Assembly: GCA_964252035.1 (NCBI GenBank)
Contig: OZ176203.1
Direction: 5' to 3' (one strand)
DNA length: 64,000 nt
From: Podarcis erhardii
Lineage: Eukaryota
The position numbers and the translations under genes are program-made. Numbering within the stretch: position 1 is the stretch's first letter; each line of letters begins with the position of its first letter. Shown piece after piece: positions 12,376-24,600 of the stretch. The notes under the pieces were generated by a model. The model made no database searches. It worked only from the letters and a program-made list of their open reading frames with translations, and was not told the DNA's origin.

Positions 12376-12520
12376 CCGTATTTTTCTGTGTATAAGACAT
12401 GTTTAAGATGACCCCTAATTTTTTGAACCCAAAATTAAGAAATCAATATTTTTTTGTGGAGGTCACCCAAAGAGGGAAGTTAGCCAAAGTTGTTAACATT
12501 TGGGGGCAAGATCACCCTTG
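12376..12520. mobile_element. CCGTATTTTTC-terminus MITE fragment at the Tc1 end
   Basis: TA|ccgtatttttctgtgtataagac; partner terminus not found. Confidence 0.5.
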
Positions 12521-14073
12521 AGTTGTTTACCTTTTTTAAACCTTAGAAAGGGAGGGGGATAGACAAGAACACCCCAATTCTAGAAGTGAAAACAAATCCC
12601 TACGCAGACCATCTTGCCTATAATCTCCCCAAACCAATAAACCTATTCCATTTTCAGCACTTGGACCAATATGGTCATCATTGAAGGATCCAAGGGAGTT
12701 TATACCAGTGAAATCTACATCTGAAGGCAAGATTAAGGTTTATCATGCTGTTATCTCTGTGTTTCATTGCCCTCCTGATGAGCATACTAGTTTTCTGCAC
12801 CCAGAAGTTCATTAATGGTTTATATACCACCCTGTACCCAGAGGTCTCATTACAGTTGTCACAACATTGTCCATACAATTAACATTCAGTCTTGCAGTTG
12901 GATGAAAGCCCCATAGAAACGTCCCGCTGTAGGTCAGTCCAGGCCTGGACATCTTGCCAAGTACTGGTTGTCATTATGTACTTTCTTCCTCGCTCCTGCT
13001 AGACTGATTTATTCTTGCTGTTGAGCTCTGTCTTGTTTGCTCATTTGAGTAAACTTCATGCAGACTCCCAGATAAAACTCACTGACCCAGCTACCAGCCT
13101 TGGGATCTCACCCAGGTGGACTGCTGGCCAGAACTCATGATGACTGTGTTATTTTGTACCTGTTCTTTTGTGATTTGTAAAGCACCATGCACACTGATGC
13201 TGTATAAAATAAGAATATTAGCATTCCAAATAAGTTGCCCCTCATAGGATGATGCTTGGTATTTTTCCTCTTTGCTGTATTTCTAACACCCTGATTTTTG
13301 CTTAAGATTCTTCTAAGCTACAAAGCAAAGTTAGCACTGTGACAATGTTAGTAACAACCCTAATTGAAAAAAATCTTTTCCTTTGCCAGACCTTATGAGA
13401 AGTCCATGGTGTGTGGCTTTTATTTCTCAATTACCGGTATATTGCATGAAACTTCCTTAATCAACTGAATCAAAATGATTTATACGGATGTAAGACTGGA
13501 AATTACACTCAGACTGTAATTTCTTCAAAGCTTTAATCTTTTCAACTTTAACTACTTAAAGTGAAAGAAAAACATACTTTTCTTTTAAGCAAATGGGTGT
13601 GGTTCTAAGTTTCTGTTGTACGTACTTCTATGGTAGTAATTTGGTAATCTCTCTGTAATTTACTATGCATTCTAATTTATTGTTGGAATGGGGTCTATCT
13701 TGTTCAATCTTTTTCCTTAGGGGTACAATGATCAACAGTCACGGGAGCATCTAATGTGGCTAGCATATTTTAACATATTGAGCTATGCAGAGTCTATAAA
13801 AGATTAGGAGAAGATTTTGCTTTACTTCAAGGAGCATTTGGGAGAGAGAGAGAGTGCCATTCATTTCTTGGAGTATGGTACTTAAGCATTTTATGTTGGT
13901 TAGAGTTTGAAGGGCTTCCTTACTTGGAGTCAACAGACTCTGCTGACAATGAAACCTGGGCAGATCCTTTCGCATGTTCTGCTGTTGTGCAAGGTAAGGA
14001 GCAGAGGCAGGACTGGAAACTGCCCAGAGTGGCTGGGACAAGGAATCAAATGGGTGGAGTATAAGAAAGAAAT

Positions 14074-14113
14074 TAGTAGTAGTTGTAGTAGTAGTAGTAG
14101 TAGTAGTAGTAGT
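14074..14113. repeat. (TAG)n microsatellite, probably grown from an L2-type tail
   Basis: About 13 TAG units after cccagagtggctggg, an L2 tail also seen near 48050 and 63095. Confidence 0.85.
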
Positions 14114-15639
14114 ATTACTACTCCTCCTCCTCTTCATATTCCGTCCAGTCTGAAAGTTTAAGAAAGATTTTATGCTTTCAAACCATAGGTGACAACTTTT
14201 ATGAGCAGGGCTATGGAATCTGTGGTCCTCCAGATGTTGTTGGGCTGTTGTACCCATCATCCGCGCCCATTAGTTATGCTTACTTAGCTTATGGTAGTTA
14301 AAGTCTGACAATATTAGGAGGGCAGTAGGTTCCCTATCCTTGTTTTACAACAGATTTTGGCTGCTGTAGAACAGTGAATCTTGAGTGTTAACATAATAAA
14401 TGGCTGTTAGGTTTACATTTTTGAGTCATGTGTTTTCCAAAGCTTTCTATTGTGTGTGTTAGGAGGTTACATAGCCTTTTGTCCTAAGTGATTCACCAGT
14501 TCCCTCAAACCACTTGAGACTTGGTTGAATACAACCCTATGTATTTCATTAAAGTTATTCTCAGAGCAGCTGCATTAAAATTAATGGACCTCAGTTAGTC
14601 ATGTCCATTATTTTCAACGAGCCTGTTCCCAGTAGAACTAACATTGAATGCAACCCACATACTTTATTTTACTCAAGGGTAATGTCTTCCTCAAATGGGT
14701 TGCCTCTGGATAGATATGGGATGTACATATTCTTAGTGTTATTTGGGTGGATATAAGATTTTAAGGAAAACGAAGAGCTATTAGCATTCTTCATGTTGTA
14801 ATTGCTAAATATCACATATAATTCCAATGGAGTTTTCTGGGAAACAGTGAAATATGGCTAAAAGATATTTAGTATTTTAGAAAGTGACTGCAAAATTATT
14901 GTAGTCATAGCAGGCATGCACATATTGTAGAGCATAATTGCTGATTATCATAGTAAGGAAAACTTGTATCTCATTTTTTTCCAGGCTATGGATAAAATAT
15001 TTGAAAGCACTGCTTTCACTGTATTTGCTGTTTCTCTGTCTTAATAATGTGATACTCTAAAACTTGGTGATCCAAATTCAATCTTCAGTATATGGACAGG
15101 GGTCTATATTGATCATAATACACACAGAAAGGGAAATTCTCCAGAGCTGTAGGCAAAGGTAATGAGTGAGGTTTCTGAACTGGTAACTGGCAGAGGGGCC
15201 AGTGGAGGACAGAGGCAGGGTAATAATAGGGTAAAAATAAAAGGCCATTCTAAGGATGCAGCTAAGTGCAGATGGCTGGGTATTTGATGCCCAGGAACAA
15301 CTAGGTTCTGAAATAAGGAGCAATGTTGTAACTGGGAGCAGGAGGAAAGATGAATATTGTATTTCTTTAACATTTTATGCTTGCTGCCCTGGGCTTCTCT
15401 GGCAGGAAGGATGGGATCAAAAGTTCATATTTCATAGCATTTGGAAACCGTTTTTGTCTTGATTATATTTACATGACTACTGCATTTATAAAGAAGTTCT
15501 CTTTTTCTGTATATCAGTAAATTATATGATAGTAAGCAAGTACCTCTGAAGTAAGGAGTTGTTTTTGTATACCTGCTTGTCTTAATGTGCCACTCTTTAC
15601 TCCCCAGGCATCTATTAGCAAGTTAAAGGTGATTGAACC

Positions 15640-15667
15640 ATGGCTCAGTTTCCAACACCTTTTGCTG
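15640..15667 (+). CDS. ITSN1: ITSN1 exon 2 coding part ([10 protein letters not shown]); exon starts at 15608 with 32 nt of 5'UTR
   Basis: Acceptor ctttactccccag|GCATC, Kozak gaaccATGg, donor G|gtaagt. Confidence 0.95.
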
Positions 15668-18600
15668 GTAAGTATTAGGATCCCCCCATGCTTTTTGTTC
15701 ATGCTTGCTTTCCAGCTTCATGAGGAAAAGATAGTTGGGCTTGAACACACTAATAAACTTAGTGTGTAGTTACAGTTGTTGAAAAAAGCACCCTACTGCT
15801 TATATGTGTTGAGTGTTCTTGGGTGGTTGTTGAAAGTGGGGGAGGCTGATGCAGGGGATGGCTGAAGGTAAAGGCAGCAAGAGGTTGTTGCTCAAATATA
15901 ACCTGTGCCCAGGGGTCTGATAAGATTGTGTCAGACAATTTAGATGGGGGTTTATGCCTTAAATTAGTTGGGGGCCCACCTGCTGATCCAACTCTTCCAC
16001 CTTTGCTGGAGATTCACACATTTTGACTGGCCTTGGTAGCCAGTTATTTTTTCCAATAGTTAGATGGAGATCAGGCTTTTTGCTTCTTGTTCAACAGAGG
16101 CTACAGTAAATGTCTATTTGTTTTGTACCTGCTGCTGACTAGAGGGATGTTACAGGGTAGAGGATGTGTGCATTGTAACAACTTCTTCCCACCATCCCAT
16201 TCAGTGATGCTGCATCTTAGCATAAGATACATCCTGATGCCATTTTAAAAGACTAAACCACTATCTTCTTGTAATACAAGAATCTTTTTACTGTTTTGAT
16301 CACCAGAATGATATTTATGGTTGCCAATGGGTTCTGGCAACTGTATTCATAGATTCTAGATCTTCAGCAGCAAGCTGTAGCTGTGTTGCTAGCAGCCTGT
16401 GTTACCAGCTTGCTGTATGCACAGCAAGGATATATGCTTATTGGTCTCCTCTATAACAGTTGCTGAGCTTTCCTTCCTTCAGCATCCCATGAGGCAATGG
16501 GAGTTGTTTCAGCCACGGTGGTAGAGAGCTTTTTTTTGCAAGTCTAGCAGTGTTTAGATTCTTCATAGCACATTGAGAAAATAGCTGATGCTGTCATTAT
16601 TTGTAAAGCCTATTTTTCCTGACAATATCTCAATCTCTTGCTTGTGAATTAGGCAACCTGGACATCTGGGCTGTAACTGTGGAAGAGAGAGCTAAACATG
16701 ATCAACAGTTCCACAGTTTGAAACCAATATCTGGATTTATCACTGGTAATGCCATAGCTGTCATGTGTAATTTCCATTGCGAAAATACCCACCATCATGC
16801 AATTTAAGGTTTTCCTTGGGCTGCCCCAGATCAAGCATCCAAGAGGCAACTTAGCAGTGCTACTTGTTTTCTAAGACTGCAAGAAGAAGCAAAGGAAGTA
16901 ACAGTCCTTTAAAAATATATGGTTGAAGTGAAATGTTTGTAAATACATTGCCAAAATGAAGTTAGGAAAAATACAAAACTCATTGCTGTGTGATTTCTGT
17001 GATTCTGATCATATGTATAGTTAGCTCATAGATTGTCTCCTATTTTTCATACTGGAATCTTAAGTTCTAGAATAATTATAATATTACTAAATAAAAGAGA
17101 AGCAGACTCTCTTGTGCATGGGGGGAAATGTGTTTGATTCTTGTCTGTCAGATTTGCCTCTTGCATGGTTCTCCATAAGTGGCAGAAAGGAGGAGCAGAT
17201 GTAGTATGAAAGTGAGGCAGTTTGCTAATATAAAAATGATGGTTGGTGCCTCCAAACATTTGGTTCTGCAAGATCCACTACAACTTCCCTTGGCCCTATC
17301 AGCCAATATTTCTTCTATTTGCTGCACCCCAGCTTCTTCAATACAAGTGCTGCTTACTAGTCACAGTAGTAAAATGTTCAGAGGTAGTATACCTCTTAAT
17401 TCTATATACAGGGATAAACCAAAGAGGAATAATGTTGTCTTCATGTTGTGCTTGAGGGTCAACTAGTCCAACCCTCTGCAATTCAGGAATCTCAATTAAA
17501 GCATCCATGACAAATGGCCATCCAATCTCTGCTTAAAAACTCCTAGTGAAAGAGTCTACCACTATCCGAGGAAGTCTGTGTCGTTGTTGAACAGTTCTTA
17601 ACCATCAGGGAGTTTTTCTTTATGTTTAGTCTGAATTTCCTTTCTTGTATGCATTCATAATTTTATACACCTTTACTATATTTCCTCTTTACTCACATTT
17701 TCCCCACTAAGCTAAATAACCCCAAGTGTTTTAATCTTTCCTTATAGGGAAGTCGCTCAAGCCCCCTTGATCATTTTGATTGCCTTTTACTAGAAGGAAT
17801 GGAGGTTTTGATCAGACTTACAGAGTGACCATAGCTGGTTAAATCTTATCCCCCAAAATGTAACAAGTTGGCAGTTTTGCCTCATTTCTGTGTTGCTGTG
17901 TCTTCTAGCCACACATTTTTGAATGAAAAGAACATTAATGCATATCCAAGTTTTATGAGAAATCGTCATTCATATGTTTTAAGAACGGTTTCTGTGGATA
18001 AAGTGTTTGCTTTCTCACTTTCACAAGGCACATAATTCTAATAAAGGAAGAGTAATTCTAATAAAGGAAGAGTTGCTGCAATGGAGAGACAGCAGGAACC
18101 ATATGTTTCCCTTTTATCTAAGCTGATGTTAATGCAATGTGAATTTCCTGGTAACTAAAGTGAGGATGTTTCATTTTGTAGTAATGTGCAGTTCAGAATT
18201 TGTTCACGTCCCCTTTAACACATTTCAATACAGTATCTCAGTATTCATCTAATAAAACGTAGTCTTTGGTGGCTGTAATGTGGATTTTTAAAAAACTAGT
18301 GTGGCATTGTAGCTAAGGGGCTTACTTGCGGACTTGGAAGCGCCCAGTTCAAATCAGACCCTCTTTATTTGTTTATAATTTTTGTATCCCAGAGGAGTTC
18401 ACATAAATAAAGATGAGATATAGGCCTGTCCCTCAACCTTACAAACTAAAAACACAAAGCATGCAAGGGAAGGGAAGTAGAGGTAAAAGAATATTGGTTT
18501 GACATTGCAAGGAATAAAGAGCTATAATCAGACAACTACATCCAGTTGAGCCACAGTGTTCTTCCCTTGCTGTTGGTTTTGCTTGGACAACAGAGGTGCT

Positions 18601-21600
18601 GCTGATAATCCAGCCATTGTTCCTCTTGTTAAGGCTGAGGCCAGAGAGTTCTCCCCTTCAGTCCTGCAATCCCAGGGCAATTGGTAGTTGGAACCAAGTT
18701 TTCTTTCTGGCACAGAGGAGGTAAGCAGGCACCATACAGCTGCTCTTTCTCTGACTGATGGGTGCGGCCAGACTGAACTTGACATAGGGTTCTTTCTGAA
18801 GGTAGGAGGCTCCTTCAAGGCAAAAGGGAGCAGATTGCTCAATGGCGTATTCTCCCCTGTCTCCAGTTTATATAATACTGATCTACCATACATGCTTGGT
18901 AAAAGGCAGGGGCTTCTATTAGCCCCAGCCAGGATAACCCTGGGTCAAGGATGATTGGAGTCAATCAAGTGACAAACAGAGGGCTACAAGTTCCCCATCC
19001 CTGGTGTAAGGATAACTGGCAATATACTGAACACCCTAAAAGCGCAACCTAGAAATTTTATTTATTGTACATTGGTTCTCTTATCATTCTTAAGACATTC
19101 CATTTGAAATACTTCCTCCTTTCTGACAGGTGATCAAGCCAGAAACTTTTTTTTCCAGTCTGGGTTACCTCAACCAGTTTTAGCACAGATATGGTAAGTG
19201 TAAATTTTAGGAGTTCATTTCAGACAAAAATTGCACAAGTAATATATTAACTTTCTACAGTTATATTTCATCTATTTTATTCAAAGTGCACTTTTAAAGA
19301 CAAGGACTTTTGTCAAAATGGCTCTCATTGAGGCCTTTGTGAAACCATTTTTTTAACAGTCCAAAGAACTAATAGAAATGAAGAAATGAAATAAATGGTA
19401 AACATGAATACAGCAGTTGAGAAACTGCATTCTGATATCTTTGTGTAGGCAGCCTTAAATTAACCACCTGAAATACTTGCTGAATAAGTAGAAGCATGAT
19501 TCTAAAATTAGAAGCTGAAAGAAATTCTATACATGCAAGTTTTTTATTGTCTAGGGAAGAGCAACAAGTCACCTAAAGCATAAGCTCTGACCTGCAAACT
19601 GCCTTTATTTACTGAATTTTAGGATTTCTGTGTAATTGCCTTTTAAATATGCATATCTGTTGAAGCCTTAATAAAGTTCTGTCTTGGCACATAACTTATT
19701 TGCTAAGGACTGCTATGTCACAAAAGTCTCTTTGTTTTAAATCAAAGATACTGCAAACAAATTTGACAGCCATGGTGATGTGAAAGGTGGTTGTGCTTTA
19801 AGATGAAAAAAAAAAAATTACATTTGTACAGACTTGTAGAATGTATGTTGACATTCTTAAATTCTTGTAAAATGTGTAGAACTAACAAACAGTATAGCAT
19901 CTATTACTTGAATCCTTCTTTTACTGGCCTCTTACAGTATTTGTAGTTGGCAAGCCAATAATCCATTAAGAAGTGTCTTATGTAGGCTTTCAAATCAAAC
20001 TGTAATGATTCTGAAGACAGTAACTGCATTTAAGTAGGTATAATCTGGATTACTGGATTTTTGCTTTACTAGGATAATTGTACTCCCTGAAAACCACTTG
20101 TTGGGTGTATCCTTCCCTCTGGTGAGCATAATTAACAAAAGTTCCACGTACTTTCAGTAGTGCTGTTTGAGACCAAGCAGGTTATACTTTCCTGAGTAGC
20201 TAATGAATTGTTAACATACACTTCAAATGAAAGCAAAGGTTTTATTTAATCATAGTAAACAAGGTGGTAATTTATGGCACTTGCAGTTTGAAATGAGACA
20301 CATCGCTCAATGTGCTACATTTCAAACATTGAAAATGGTAGATACAAGACTTCACCAGAGCAGAGTTCATAAAGTAATAAATATGTTACTGGATTTATTG
20401 CCATAGATTGCTGAGGTTTCTGTGACCATTTCTCTAGACTGTGGCTATGATCTATCCTTGTGAAAATGTTACCTGGGAAGGAGCAAAAAAAGCTGATAGT
20501 AGCATGAAGAAGCATAGCCAGAAATTAGGGCATTTCCTCAGAGCCCATTCACTCATTACATTCCAGAGACACAGCTCAACCCATTATGTGTATTGGCCTT
20601 TTCTACACTCAACCTCTTCACCATCAGGAAAGTAGTGGGTATCACTTGGTCTGTATTGTGTCTTGTTTTAACTTGGTGTCTCTTTAACATCCCTGTCTGT
20701 CCTTGGAGACAAGGGGGACCTCAGTTAGGGGTTTCCAAGTAGATTTCTGAGCACTATTTGCATTGATGGATGACCATTTACATTATAACTCAATTACACA
20801 CAGGTCTTACTATCCAAACATAACATGTCCCCAGGAAATTGATTGTTAGATGAGGGTTCACATAATTAGCTGATGATTTCAATTATTTCCTATGGAAACA
20901 TTTCTTTTTTCTTTTCTGTTTTGCCAAATAAATTTTTATTAGTTTTCTAATATTACCCCAATATTACCCCAGTTGTACAATTTATACAAATACAAATAAA
21001 TTCCAAATACATTCCAATTATCCTATGGAAACATTTCTAATCCATGATTTGTCCAGTCTCCCTCCCTCCCTGGTTTCCACCCCAAACTGCTGCAGCCAAC
21101 TAGCTCTGATTTGTCACATCTCTCCCTTCCCTTTCTCCATGGTTTCTGCCCAAAATGGCTGCTTCCAACCTGCAAACAGAAAGAAGTAAGGACGTGGTCA
21201 TTTTGGATAACAAGTGCTCCGATAGCAGGACCTGTGTGTAGTTGTAAAATGGTGATAGAAGTACATCTTAAATATTAAGTAGAGATCTAGAAAATTAGGC
21301 TCTGGGGTAGATAATGAAACCAAGGAAAGGAAAGCGTTTTGAGACACAACAATGGAAAATACAACACTCCAGTAAAACTGATTAAACTCAGCGGAACTTA
21401 CTGCTAAGTAAATCTGCACATGAAGCTGAGTCAAAGCATTGGTCCATTTGTTCAGTATTATTCTCGAGTGGACACTAGGACACCACAAAGTGGTTTGTAA
21501 TCCTTCAGTCACTTAAGCGGGAAATAATGTCATCACTTCAAGGGAATCTCTGAGTCATTCCCTCCCTTGGCGTGACAGTTCGTTTTTCCTGCCTCACTTG

Positions 21601-24600
21601 AAGCAGACCTGTTTTCACTGATGCTCTTCTGGTCTTTTGTTCTGGTTCAGTGTGCGATCTTTGTTTTGGTTCAGAGTTGTGAGCTTTGTCACTGGGTGTA
21701 CAAGTGATTCTGTGTTGAGGATTTTGGTTACATTTTCCTCTCAGTGTCCCCGCCTTCAAGGTTCTTTCTTTCTTCAAGGTTCTGTTTTTCTGTCTAAGGT
21801 ATTTTCTCTGAAAGTCTGTGTTTTGCTGCATTTTGTGGTGTCTGTGTGAGATTCACCTACAACTATGTAATTGATTTGTTTCCTTGCTGATTATACAGTT
21901 GCTTTTAACACTTTATTGCACTGTTTTTAGCTGAGGAGGGCAGGGCTTTTGAACCTGGGAACTTTTGCATTCAAAGCATTATGCTTTGGCTCCTCCCCTA
22001 GAGTAAGCATGTTGTTTTTGAAAAGGAAAAAGGTTGAGTAGCGTTATATTAAATACAAACATGATGTGTATCTTAATAGCACTCTAGGTTTAGGGCAGGC
22101 TTCCTCAACTTCAGCCCTCCATATGTTTTTTGGCCTACAACCCCCATGATCCCTAGCTAGCAGGACCAGTGGTCAGGGATGATGGGAATTGTAGTCTCAA
22201 AACATCTGGAGGGCAGAGGTTGAGGAAGCCTGGTTTAGGGTCAGACTTTGAAGTGTCCTTATACTCAAGTCAAAATGATGTCAGTCTTTCATCTTGAAAC
22301 ATATGAAAACTGGAGGGAGGGAAGACAAACAAATCACTAAATGGCAGTATTACACTATTCCTGTTGTAACCATGATCTTACAATTTCTGTGAAATCTAAT
22401 ACCACCTTCATTTGTGGAAAAACTAAATACTTTTAACATCAGATCATTTCCTGGACTTTGTATTTCCATCTCTCCTTTTGCAGCCACAATACTCTAGAGT
22501 CACTGACATCTAGTTCACCTTTGACTGAGGAAGTTCTCAGTCTAGAAGGTGATAAAACAGGCTTCCTTGAGGTTGTTTACTATGTTAAACATTCAAGGTG
22601 GATTTGATTAGTTGGGCTGACTATTTTATACTTGTGTTTTCTGTTAGGCAATAGTACTGTTTGCATAGTCTTAAATAGTTGTTTTCTCTGCAGGGCATTA
22701 ATTTATGGAAATGGTAGGAAATGCAGATGAAGTAAAAACATTGCACCTAAATAATATGAGGAATAATAACTTTATGGACAATTTGAGACTAACATCAAAA
22801 GAAAATAATCTGATACTGAATTTTCCCTCCCTCCTTCCTCTTTGATGTTTGGGCATGTATACCTGCGTCACAACATAATGTTTTTGTCCACCACTGCTCA
22901 GTGTTACTGACTGCTGATGGTGGACATAAGGAAACATTTTACATCTTTTGGAAGGGTGTGCAAGTCATGAATTACCTTTATTTGTATGTAGGGCTCTGGC
23001 AGATATGAACAATGATGGGAGAATGGACCAGCTGGAGTTTTCTATCGCTATGAAACTTATCAAACTAAAACTTCAAGGTTATCAGCTTCCTTCTGCATTG
23101 CCTCCTATTATGATACAGCCTCCCATTGCCATTTCTACTGCACCAGGATTTGGTAAGGGCAGACTTCATTTATGTTTATGTGGTATCTTACTTGCCCTCC
23201 CTCCCCCATTTCTTGATGCTCTAGTCAACTCTCAAAAGTCATTGCAAAAGTCATAGTAATATCAAGTGCAACATTGATCAGAGATACTAGAAGAGGAAGG
23301 GACACGGATGGTGCTGTGGGTTAAAGCACAGAGCCTAGGACTTGCCGATCAGAAGGTCGGCGGTTTGAATCCCCACCACGGGGTGAGCTCCCGTTGCTCG
23401 GTCCCTGCTCCTGCCAACCTAGCAGTTTGAAAGCGCATAAAAGTGCAAATGGATAAATAGTTACCACTCTGACGGGAAGGTAAACAGCTATTCTGTGCGC
23501 TGCTCTGGTTCACCAGAAGCGGCTTAGTCATGCTGGCCACATGACCCAGAAGCTGTACGCCGGCTCCCTCAGCCAATAAAGCGAGATGAGCACCGCAACC
23601 CCAGAATCGGCCGCGACTGGACCTAATGGTCAGGGATCCCTTTACCTTTTACCTTTACTAGAAGAGGAAACACTACTAATTTTGCTTTTTGATTGCATTC
23701 AGCAGTCCAAGGAATTGGGTTTTGTTTTGTTTTGTTTTTTAGTTTCCTGCCTTTTTTCCTTATAGTGTACAATATTTACACCAATAAACTAGTTTTTTGG
23801 CCTAATTCAGTTTACTTCATACTTAACCACCACTCTGCAAACAGTTCTTCCAGCATATTAGTTTATTCTCACTGTTAAGATCTTCACATTTTAATCTTTT
23901 AAGAGTATTTATTTTCAGTCTAATACAGAGTAAACCCAATTTCTATAGGAGATTCTGAGGTGGTTTTGATAGCATTGCATTTGATTTGATGGAACTGAGT
24001 GCCCTCATGGAGTCCGCTTAGCTCCCTGGTGTACTCCAGGGCTTAGGACAAGGAAATAAACTGGGTATTGCATGCATGAACCTTGAGTCCTGCACTCCAC
24101 TCTGCTCCCCTGGTGCAACAGCAAGAAAGAGACTGGCAGACCTTGCTTTGTTTTCAATGAAAAGCAGTTACATTCTTGCATACAAACCCAAACAATGGTT
24201 TAGACCTAACTTTGAATGATTATGAAGTTGTCTTGTTTCAATATCTCCAAGTTAAGTTATTGTTACTGTCAAACATACTAATAAGCAGAAGCTAGTTGAA
24301 AATGGAAGTGAAAGTTTCCAACCTCTTCCTAGTAGCCATGTTGGTAGAAGACACAAAAGAGGTAGTTGGCAAACCCAAGGCCATTCAACTTGTAAATGAT
24401 GGTAACTATGAAAATCTCTCTCTTCTAGGTATTGGGGGCCTACCCAGTATGCCTCCTCTTACGGCTGTTGCTCCAGTGCCAATGGCGTCTATTCCAGTAG
24501 TGGGAATGTCTCCACCTTTAGTATCTTCTGTTCCTACAGCAGCTGTGCCCCCGCTTGCTAATGGAGCACCAGCTGTTATACAACCTCTACCTGCTTTTGG

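Noticed and set aside
1-15607. ITSN1 promoter or non-coding first exon
   Set aside because: No CpG island outside transposons and no defensible exon; the region behaves as intron 1.
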